DNA of 64,000 bases, from contig NW_019091355.1 in the NCBI RefSeq assembly GCF_001949145.1, positions 2,772,646 to 2,836,645 on the forward strand, read 5' to 3'. Positions 38,625 through 49,034 of this stretch are shown here, one piece after another (the stretch's first letter is position 1; every line of letters begins with the position of its first letter). The position numbers were made by a program, and so were the translations under genes. The notes beneath the pieces were generated by a model. It was not told the origin of the DNA, searched no databases, and was given only the letters and a program-made list of their open reading frames with translations. This stretch comes from Acanthaster planci. Lineage: Eukaryota.

Positions 38625-39946
38625 AGTAGATGGTGGTTTAAAAATAGCTGGCGGGTTATAAGTAGCTGGTGGTTTGGTTTATGAGTAGCTGGTGGTTTAT
38701 AAGTAACTGACGGTTTAAAAGTAGCTGGCGGTTTAAATGTATAGCTGGCAGTTTAAGAGTAGCTGGCGGCTTAAGAGTAACTGGTGGTTTATAAGTAGCT
38801 GGTGGTTTTAAAGTAGCTGGTGGTTTTATAAGTAGATGGCGGTTTAAAAATAGCTGGTAGTTTATAAGTAGCTGGTGGTTTTAAAGTAGGCCTAGCTGGT
38901 TGTTTATAAGTAGCNNNNNNNNNNNNNNNNNNNNNNNNNNNNNNNNNNNNNNNNNNNNNNNNNNNNNNNNNNNNNNNNNNNNNNNNNNNNNNNNNNNNNN
39001 NNNNNNNNNNNNNNNNNNNNNNNNNNNNNNNNNNNNNNNNNNNNNNNNNNNNNNNNNNNNNNNNNNNNNNNNNNNNNNNNNNNNNNNNNNNNNNNNNNNN
39101 NNNNNNNNNNNNNNNNNNNNNNNNNNNNNNNNNNNNNNNNNNNNNNNNNNNNNNNNNNNNNNNNNTTTTAAAGTAGACCTAGCGGTGGTTTATAAGTAGC
39201 TGGTGGTTTTAAAGTAGACCTAGCTGGTGGTTTATAAGTAGCTGGTGGTTTATAAGTTGCTGGCGGTTTACGAGTAGCTGATGGTTTAAGATTGGCTGGT
39301 GGTTTAAGAGTAGCTGGCGGTTTAAGATTGGCTTGTGGTTTAAGATTGGCTGGTGGTTTAAGAGTAGCTGGCGGTTTAAGAGTAGCTAGTGGTTTAAGAT
39401 TGGCTGGTGGTTTAAGAGTAGCTGGCGGTTTAAGAGTAGCTAGTGGTTTAAGATTGGCTGGTGGTTTAAGAGTAGCTGGCGGTTTAAGAGTAGCTAGTGG
39501 TTTAAGATTGGCTGGTGGTTTAAGAGTAGCTGGCGGTTTAAGAATAGCTGGCGGTTTAAGAGTACCTGATGGATTAAGAGTACCTGATGGATTAAGAGTA
39601 CCTGGTGATTTAAGAGTAGCTGGTGGATTGAGTGTAGCTGGTGGTTTAGGTGTAGCTGGTGGTTTAAGAGTAGCTTGTTGTTTAGGAGTAAGATGGAATT
39701 TCAGGCTATTCATGGCGAAAGACAGCATAGGTGGAAAGGCTTGCGGTAGCACCATGCAAAGGAATATATCTCTTATGAGTATGGGCGGTTCTGAAAAGAA
39801 CCGGGAGTATACTCGTTTCAGACTGCGTGCTCAGTCCGTCGTCAGGGGACACTCAGGTTTAGGAGTAGCTGGTGGTTTAAGAGTGGGTGGCGGTTTAAGA
39901 GTAGCTGGCGTTTAAGAGTTGCTGGTGGTTGAAAAGTAGCTAGTGG
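38625..39946. repeat. 18-bp minisatellite, consensus AGTAGCTGG(T/C)GGTTTAAG, spanning a gap and interrupted by an insert at about 39690-39856
   Basis: Dozens of tandem copies, with a higher-order 54-bp pattern around 39290-39530. Confidence 0.95.
39802..39855 (-). ncRNA. Degenerate minimal type I hammerhead ribozyme within a Penelope-like/SINE insert
   Basis: The minus strand reads GTCCC-CTGACGA-C-GGACTG-AGCACG-CAGTCT-GAAAC-GAGTATACTC. This gives the CUGANGA box (39845-39839), a 6-bp stem II and GAAAC (39819-39815). The usual GUC after GAAAC is missing. Confidence 0.6.
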
Positions 39947-42900
39947 TCGAGTATGGAGATATCTCGCTATAACTTTCCAAAAATAATGCAAACCTTGTTT
40001 CAAAGACTCGATTTACACTCGAGAAGTTCTCCCCTGGCACAATATTGGAAAATATGGGCCTTGGATATGACACTGCAAGCTCAATCGGGGACTTGGGGTC
40101 CACTTTTCCTCTCGAACACCAAACAAAAAATTAAAAATGAAATAGAAATAACAAATTAGTATAGAAAAAAATTAAAAGATGACATCCTACTTCGTAACTA
40201 GAGGTAAGTGCATCAGTAATGCATTACTTAATGCGTTTTTTATATGTCTGCCTTTTCCCCAAATCAGACATAAAAATATTTGAAGGGCCTGAACCCCGTA
40301 TGGAAAAATTTCTCGATCAGCCCCTGCACTGACAAAGTCACCTAGTAATTTTAGTGTGATATTTTCAGTTCTATTTTTGTAACACTGATGTTTTTAAAGA
40401 CTGCATAAAACCTACATGGTGATAACATTCAATCTTTCCCAGGCCTGCTGTCCCCAGTACTGTTGTTAGGGAGAGTATCCCATAACCTTGTGCATAACCT
40501 ACAAGTTTAAGGATGCTACAAACTTGGTGGCTTTCGCGTTTCTGGATTTCATCTGTCTGCTTGGGTACGAATGATTCCTGATCGTAGAACATGTAGTCTA
40601 ATGTAACGACCGCCAGTGACTGAACTTTGATAAGACACGTTAAAAAAACAGCCAACTAAACAAGGAAATTGAAGGGCGTCCCTTGCCACTTTTGCTAGTA
40701 TTGGCAACATCTATGCAGGTGAAGACTGTAATTTTTCACTGGTATCTTCCCACAATCAAACAGAGCTGGTTTAGCTTGCGTGAGCTGTATTATCATAGTG
40801 TCCTTACTGGCCCACGCCGAGTGTTGACACTCCGGCAATGATTAACCCGTGGTAATTGTCCGTGTTCGGCTGGCCTGCCCTTCCCCGCTGAACGCGGGGG
40901 CAGACCGGCTGTCGGCGCTCGCATCGTTCGCCACGCAACCCGCGCTGGCTCCTCAGGGCTCTCCTCTATTTTTTTCCGCAGATTCACGACCACGTAACAG
41001 GACAAACCCGATCAAGGATTTTTGGGACGTTTTTTGGCGGAAGAAGAGCGCGCCTTAAGTCCCCTTTTCGGGTGAGTACGTTTGACACTGATTTACTTTA
41101 CTGTGACCTGTGTTGGCAAACGGTTATTAAGGATGTCCGGATTTCATGAAACATTGAATCTTGTAAGAAAATTCGTTGCTGGTAACATCTGCACCGCATT
41201 TCACACTTAGTAGTCCAGCAGCTTCGGGATATAGACCAAAATCTCAGACATATCAACGAAATTAACCAAAATGCTTTGCAAACCAGTTATTTATGCTTTT
41301 TCTTCTGTCTTTCTTTATCATTCACAACCCATGTTGCCAATGGCGTGGAGGGTTTAGAGTCAATTAAAAAGGATACTAGAGGTGATAGTGCGCAGACTGC
41401 AGAAAAAAATGTTCGCAAACACTGTAGACGTGATGCATACACTTAGATAGACGTATTTAATTATGCAAGTTTGAGCTGACAGCAACAGAAAAACAACCAC
41501 GCGTAGCGAAAAGACTTCATGACCTTCTCTTGGGCATATATAGCTTTATGAGTTGCTTGGAAACAGAAATGTATATGAACAGAGATTCATGGAGGAAGTT
41601 CGTGTTTCACGATAACATTGTGAGTTATCAGTTGTAAGTTAAAATTATGTTTTTGTGAGGCAGGTCTAGAACAAGTTAAACCAAAATTCCAGACATTCAC
41701 TTTGGTAACTAATCGGACTGGCATAAAAGAAGATTTTAAGACTAAGTTGTAAATAATGCACAAAGTATGTACATGTACGTGAACTAAGTTTAAAATTTGA
41801 ACAGGAAGTTGGGGTTAGAAACACACTTTATTGGTGATTTGAGCAACATATCGCAATCGTAACAAAGCTACAAAAATGAGACCACGTGGATATCCATGGC
41901 AGCCATGCCGTGCCCGTGGGGTCCAATGTGTGTTCCCCCATGTCAACACCGATCTTTGTTAGAAATCACACGCTGTGGTTGGAGTGTGGTGCGCGGGGTG
42001 CACGCCAGGGGCTTTGTTCGAGGCGATGCAGGCGTATCAATGCCATCGGATGTGTGTTTAGGGTTATCAAACTCCAAGCAAACACTCCTCAAAGGACAAC
42101 CCCGACTATCATAACTCACAAGCATGGACAAAATGGCGAAGACATTCACATCGCTGAAAATGTTTTGACATTTGCAATGTTTCGAAGAATGGGATGAAAT
42201 CCAGTCTGAAGAGTTACCGGCTTTTGTGTTTATTTTCAAAGTGCTAAAGATATCGAGAGTTAATGTAATACTTCTGTTTTACGTTTGGGAACAAGTGAAT
42301 AATGATGCAATGACCACAAAGATCGGTGACAATATAAGCGTAATGTGCCTTTGTGTGGGGGGACAAAATCGACAGTCATAGGTTGAAAGCCTTGTTTTGT
42401 CTCGCCGAGGATGGCAGGGCGTGGACTGTACTACGCAACACGCCGCTCGACGATATTAAATCATTAACTTTGGTCAGTTAAACCATCAACGATTATCACC
42501 CCACGCGCGCATGTGTACAACTGATGCAAAGGTGATAAGTTACGACAGACATTTACATAGCAACAAAGAAGCACGTCAGCGGTGACGTCATCTGGCGTTT
42601 CTGGGCGGATTTCGTCGTCTGTGTGTGATTAAACTAGGCAGAAAATTATACTTGGACCGCCTGAAAGCCTGAAAAAATTAAAACCAATCTTCTGGTCAGG
42701 TGTTTTTTCGTGGAAATTTCTGACATCAACTGAGATTATAATCATATTTTACTTGCCACCACATAATTCAAACGTAACGCCCCGTACAATCCCATTTTGT
42801 GCACTCAACGAAATAAAACGATGGGATGAGAAGATGCCATTTATGAAGGCTGAAAATTCATGTGTGTAAATATACCCGTTGGTATTCCCAACCATGACTG

Positions 42901-44168
42901 GTCTGTAACCGTCGAAACATTACAGTTTCTTGCGTGACTTCTCCGTATGAATATATTCACCGACAGCATCAGTTGATTTTTTTTTGTGAAGCTGGTTAGA
43001 AATTACTCAATCTAACGTAATAAAAAGTGGCCTTTCGAATGTGCAGTTATTTACTCGACGCAAACATTATTCAGACCAAACACTCATTGTTGTCATGACC
43101 ACGAGGAGGCACTCAAGACAGTTATATAGGATTTTTCCTTCAACCCCTGAATATGGGAAATCACACGAACTAGACTGACACCGATGTATTAATCCAACAA
43201 AATTCTACGTGATTTACATATAACTACCACAGAGGTTATAGGGCTTCGGGAGCGGGAGCATGGTGCCCTACCCACTCCTTCCCTGTTAATGTAACAAAAT
43301 GCTTCCAGGGATACGACCAGCGTTTTTTACTCCTACTCCGCGTGAAACTCTAGGAGAATCTGCTCGAATTAATTTTCCTGTTATGCATCCGCGAAATGTT
43401 ACTCGGCCCCTATCACTCCGCGTGTCAGAGCAGTACGTAGGGGCAAGGTATTCACGTTTTGTGTCAACATTATTGAAGTCTATGCCCATTGTTGTATATG
43501 ATATTGGTAAGCCGGCCCAAGTTTCGCTCAACATCTGCCTCGTCAAGCAACGATTCGCATAAAATGTGATACTTGTAATTACAATTCACACTTTGTCGCG
43601 TTGAAGTTAAATTCAGCGCCGTCGGTGACCACTGGCTGAAACAGGATTTCTTGGTGGCTTTCTGTGTTGTACGGACATTTTGACGGTGTTTGTTCACGAT
43701 GCATTTCGATTCACCGAGGACGATGCAGCACTCGGCTTTTAAATTTATGAAAGTCAACAAGACGTAGCGCACTTGTTTGCAAACTCAGTGCCTTTATGCA
43801 GGTAGTTGCTGGCCCTGAACGCCTAATGAATCATGAAGTTCAAGTTTGCCGAGTGCCCCATCGAAGATAGAAGAGTGTCACCTACGAGATCAGTTATGAT
43901 CCGTAGATCACACGCATCTTATGCGGAGGAATGGTTTATTTCGGCTTAATGTTATTCTCCTGCTGGCGCGAACTACAACCCCCTTCGACCTCTTCGAGTC
44001 GTCTTATTTCTTACAATGAATCTGAATCTGTGTGGCTTTTCTCTGCGAAAGAGGTCTCGATGATGCATGAAACCAAGTGTAGCATACGGTGTTTTGGTAA
44101 CTTATATAAAGTAACTTATTTTCTAGCGGTTCAATGAGGAGTGGATGGAGGCAGTAAACTGCGGTCTC

Positions 44169-44444
44169 CACACTGAAAAATTACCTGGGAAAAAATTTAA
44201 CCCAAGGGTGAAAACTGCAACTACCAAATAGGCCTATGGGTTGTGTTACCCCAGTCTTGGGATGAGAATTACTTTCTCTGTCATTTTTCACCCACTAACT
44301 GAGTAGATATTAACCACTATTTGATTAAAACAAACCAGAAATTAATTTCAGTCACCCAAATTGGGTTGAAACAACCTAAACTATTGTGTAGTTGCAGTTT
44401 TCACCCTCCCTTGGGTTAAAATTTAACCCACGCAATTTTTGGTG
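44169..44444. mobile_element. Palindromic MITE with CAC...GTG termini
   Basis: Long inverted arms: AAATTTAACCCAAGGGTGAAAACTGCAACTAC versus GTAGTTGCAGTTTTCACCCT...CCTTGGGTTAAAATTT. Confidence 0.65.
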
Positions 44445-45326
44445 CATCAGCTGTGGCAAAGATTTTCGGATGTTGCCAATGATGCATTACTTTCTCGTTT
44501 TTCTTCTCCAGACTGTCGAGAGCGCCCTCGTGTGACGTCTCGGGGGGTCCTGCCGGTTGCGTCGCCGACGGTTTGCCGCATTCAAACAGAAAACCTATCA
44601 GCGGCTGAGTTCGAACCATGCAGTCAGTAATTCCCTGCGGAGATTCCGCAGAAGCACAGCGGTACGAAGCAAGGAGACATGTCCTGAATTATCCTTTTCT
44701 CAGTTCGCTGCATCGCCCAATGCAACGCCTTCCCATACACAAGAAATGTTTTAGATCACGTGACGCCATAGGCATTTCATTATTATTATGCAGTAATTTA
44801 TGTCATCAATCCCCTACTGTCAGGTAATTTTACAGTCTGGTGATGCACTTGCATCCTCTGATCTTCTAAACACTGTTTCAAGGGGCAGATCTGTTGGAAA
44901 GAAATGCTGTGGACGTGCTTTGCCAGAAATGACGTGCACTCAACAAAATTCAGAACAGTTTTTGTTTTCAAAAATAAAGAAATTTATTAACGTAGGTACA
45001 AAATTTACTAAAGAGGCGGGGGTTTCAATTACTGATATCCCATCCCTAACAGCACCCGATCGGGCGACAAGGTTACCAACTCGATCCAAACTGAATTACT
45101 TCCATCGAGTCCAACCCAGTTCCTCACGGTTTTTCAAACAATCTTCCATCTCCGCTCCTTAGATGCCTACCAGCAAATGAAACGACATGTAGATGGCTGG
45201 TGCAGTCCGCTGTACTTCAACCCGGCTACCGTATTACTTCAGTCCAGTCCAGTCCGCTTCACTTCCACAATCCTCTTCCGTCCGGCTCCAACTACCCCAC
45301 TGAAGCTGTGGACCGGTTTTATCCAT

Positions 45327-45405
45327 CTTTTACCCCGTATTAACACTGCGGCTGATGAGGGCTGTTAAACCAACCATCAGCCTCGCTGTCAATACGAGGT
45401 AAGGG
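45327..45405 (+). ncRNA. mir-2008: pre-miRNA hairpin, miR-2008 (mature 3p ATCAGCCTCGCTGTCAATACG(A), 45376-45396/7)
   Basis: The arms 45327-45357 and 45375-45405 pair at 27 of 31 positions (3 G-U), with no bulges and a 17-nt loop. A CNNC motif (CAGC, 45414-45417) lies about 17 nt past the predicted 3' cut. The 3' arm matches the echinoderm miR-2008 sequence as I recall it. Confidence 0.88.
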
Positions 45406-45608
45406 CTGACATACAGCGACTGAGGGAACAACCCACCAATGACAGACGACAATGGGGGGCGGGGCTATCACCGTCTACCAATCACGGTGGCTGCAATGAG
45501 GATACACGACTCGCGCATGGAAAGGGTTCACTACAGAACTATCAAATGATCGAATGAAAATTAGCGTGTTCACTCAACAAATACTGAGGAACACATAAAC
45601 CTAAAGAA

Positions 45609-45822
45609 TGTGTTACCAGAGGAGTTTTGGTGTTGAAAATGTTACATTTACACAACTCTCGGTGTCAACGAATATTGATCATGATGTGTTACCAGAGGAG
45701 TTTTGGTGTTGAACATGTTACATTTACACAACTCTCGGTGTCAACTAATATTGATCATGATGTGTTACCACAGGAGTTTTGGTATTTAACATGTTACATT
45801 TACACAACTCTCGGTGTCAACT
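45609..45822. repeat. 76-bp tandem repeat, about 2.8 copies
   Basis: TGTGTTACCA(G/C)AGGAGTTTTGG starts at 45609, 45685 and 45761. Confidence 0.9.
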
Positions 45823-46515
45823 ACTATTCATCAGTGCAACACTAAATTCTAGTTTTTGGAGCGGTCAAACAGTTGTGTTCGTTACACCTTAAGAGCTGAA
45901 TACAGCAATTCAAGTTGGGGATGATGTAAAGACAAAGCAAAACTAGTTCTAGTTAGACAGATGGACTTCAATGTAAAGATACATATAGGTGGATCACTCA
46001 CGCCTTCAGTGTACTTTCTCTCTGTGCTGTGTCTTTTTAACATTTACATGTATGTGTCGAAATAAAGGCAACACGACACGGAAGTTGCTTGGAAGTGGTT
46101 CGATACACGGATTGTAACAGTACATGTAGTTCTTGTATCGTGCATTAATTTGTTGTAGACGGTGTTGAACGAGGCAAGTTACCGACGTTTCTCGGGGGGG
46201 GGGAATATAGAGTACACCCGTGTTTTTCTGTAAATTAAAAGAAATCGTTTATCACTTACAATTAGCATCCCGATGTCCAAACGCCACTCAGAACAAATGT
46301 GTTTGGTCAGTACTTCAAATCGTGCCAAATAAGCTGAAGCGCAAACGGATATTATGAATTCGTTTTAAGTGTGGGATGGTTACTTTCACAGTATCCTCCG
46401 CGATATTCCATTTTATACAGACCAAAACCTTCAGCATGACTGCGTCACATTCGACTCCCAATCAACATCAACGGGTGCATGTTTTAACAGCTCTTGCCCC
46501 CGATTTACACATGTA

Positions 46516-46981
46516 ATTGGTCGAGTTCGAGCGGCCTGTTCTTGACACGGGTTCCTTGTTCTCGCGCTCGAATGGCGGGAACACGACTCAGGAACACTGT
46601 CCTCGGAACAGGATCACACACCAGCTCCTCGTCGGGGTTTTACAGGAACGCACTGAAAAACTCGTGAGATTTGATTTGTGAACAGCTGCAAAAACTAGCG
46701 AGCTGGCTTACAAAGCCGGAGACAACGGAAAGTTTTGCAAAAATAACATTAATGATTTTCCACAACACAGAAACGAGTGTTTCTTTATAAATGGAAAAGA
46801 ATTTAGCCCAGTTATCCAGACATTAATTCTCGAAGCACGTACATGGACTCCGCCATGTTGCTTGCTACTAATTACGATCGATAACCGGTTGTACGTTCCC
46901 AGCGTTCGAGCGGCCGACCCACGAACAGCAAATCGCGCTGTTCGTGAACATACGAGAACAAGCCGCCCGAACTCTGTCAAT
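46516..46981. mobile_element. Non-autonomous element bounded by imperfect ~30-bp inverted repeats
   Basis: ATTGGTCGAGTTCGAGCGGCCTGTTCTTGA at the left versus the reverse complement of the right end, ATTGACAGAGTTCGGGCGGCTTGTTCTCGT. The interior is CpG-rich. Confidence 0.5.
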
Positions 46982-49034
46982 GTTAAGTTGAACAATGCGA
47001 CACGATGCTACTAAAGTTGACGGAGATCAATAACCAAACCTCAACACAACAATCCTTTATTTACAGGGTATTTTACACACCCTTAACAATAACCATAACA
47101 AGAGTCACATAATTCCACCCCTACCCAGCCATGCCTTTGACAGTTGATAGGGGCAAAATTGGTTGGAAGATATCATTAAACAACAATGTCATCCGACTGA
47201 CCAGGGTGAAAAGTGCAGGGTGACCCTGAAATGTGTGTACACGGCGTTAACCACGGAGTTGGTCAAGTGTTTCAGCCTTTAGTCAAATGACTTGTCCGAT
47301 TTACCAAACTTGATATTAGTTCAAGTCCATCCTTTTAAAAAAGAAAAACATAGACAACCTCTGTATAAGTTTGCTTCTGCTTACAAATTTATAAAGTTCG
47401 ACTGAATAATCCTGCACAGAATTTATACCAAATTACAAAATGACAAGCGAAGGCAAGTTGGCGGTAAAAAGGAGCACCGGTGTCTGGTGCATGCTTTCCT
47501 GTTTCACGGGGCCATTTAGAAAAAAAAAATTGATTTGCATAGGCGAGCCTTTGACTGACCTCCAGATTTGAGTATTGTCAGAGAATATGTTCGAGAACGT
47601 TGTTAGAGAATCCAAATCATAGCATACTTCTCATTTCATTTACAACGTACAATTTCACAGCACTATTTGCTCCAATATTGCACGAGTAAAAAAAAATAAG
47701 GATCAAATCACGGATAGGGTGAGCGTCAGGTCGGGGGGGGGATACTTTTAGCCCCACCAAAAAATACTTCAGTGAAGTGCTGGACGGCAAAAATTCATTT
47801 GTCAGCAACCAACAAATACAACACTGTGGACAACATGGCTAACAGAAAGAAACGACCCTCCCCTTTTTGTGTGCATTCAAACGGCTAAGCAAGCAACACA
47901 TACATGTATTTATATAAATTTTCTTAAGCTTCAAAATGACAGGTTGACTCCTTTGCTACTTTTTAAAGTAGTGCAAGTTGTAACCAGAACATCAAAAATA
48001 GATTATAATTCTTAAACGAATACAATATTTCCGAGTAGCCAACATATACAAAAACGAAACTCTCTCCAAGAATTTTTCGAGCATCTTCTGCCTGCTTTTT
48101 ATATATTTCACAGGGTCTTTTCAGTTTCCTGAATGCGCGGCAAGTCAAATGGCAAAATTTGCATCCCACAGAAAAAGTAGTTTGCCAAATATGAATCGGT
48201 GACATCTTTATGTAACCAAATATTTTGGTCACCAAGTGACCAAATGACTAAGTAATCAACCCTGTGTCAAAATTTGCATTCCTTGACTTTAAGTCCAAAA
48301 AGACATCCATGGCAACGCTAATGTATCATGTGTGAATCAGTCAGCTGATCCCAATAAAAAAGGTCCGGATTCAGTTGAGCATGAAGAACTTTTTACAAAA
48401 CTGACGAGAACTGGAAAAAAAAAAGGCTCTGAAATTTCAGGTTCATTTCCCAAGGAAGTTGGCCCAATTACAATGTAAATCAGGGTTCTTAGTAGAAAGT
48501 ACGGCTGAGTAACTTTATGTTCTAATAAAGTTACTAATCAACAGGGAGCCAGTCACAACACAATATACAGTGTGTGAAATTTTGGTTGGTAACCGGTTTC
48601 TGTCCTTCACGGCTCTAGGATATTGGCTCCTGGCCTTAAGGCGCAGAAAATCAGAGAGGTTCAGCATGTGTATGATTACACATGTACGCATTTCGCTAAC
48701 CTCTAATCATTACTGGTTATTCCATTTATGAGTATTCGTGCAATCACACGTCCAAAAATCCAAAATGGAATCCTTGAATGAAAGCCTGGAAATGCGGTAA
48801 ATGTTGCTTTAGAACACACACAAATCAAAAATAGTTCCTTTTTCTTTTAACCCTAACCCCCAAGGGTGTATGTAAAATCGTATGGAAATTGGAGGATTTG
48901 GGACTGTTAGGGATAATGATTGATGAAATTAATGAAACTCCACAATTTGTGGGGAGTGAGACATGCTAACATATTTGCCAGCAAAACCTCTCTCCGAAGG
49001 CCCATGTGTGCCAAACAGTCTTAGCGACTACCTA

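Larger units (their letters stand above)
40860..46085 (+). ncRNA. Putative spliced primary-miRNA host transcript (candidate exons about 40900-41071, 44512-44661, and 45163 onward)
   Basis: GC-rich island ending in the donor CGG|GTGAGT (41072). Strong acceptors ttttcttctccag (44511) and ctccgctccttag (45162); donor GCG|GTACGA (44662); AATAAA at 46061. It contains the miRNA hairpin on the same strand and has no convincing ORF. Confidence 0.5.

Noticed and set aside
39168..39915. 195-aa and 207-aa repetitive ORFs as real proteins
   Set aside because: They are by-products of the 18-bp minisatellite and have no splice or domain support.
43286..43772. ORFs of 86-100 aa and small hairpins as a gene or an additional miRNA
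   Set aside because: No recognisable motif or exon chain; the stems are too short or irregular for a pre-miRNA.
45609..45822. 76-bp repeat as a CRISPR array
   Set aside because: The units are contiguous with no unique spacers, there are no cas genes, and the context is eukaryotic.
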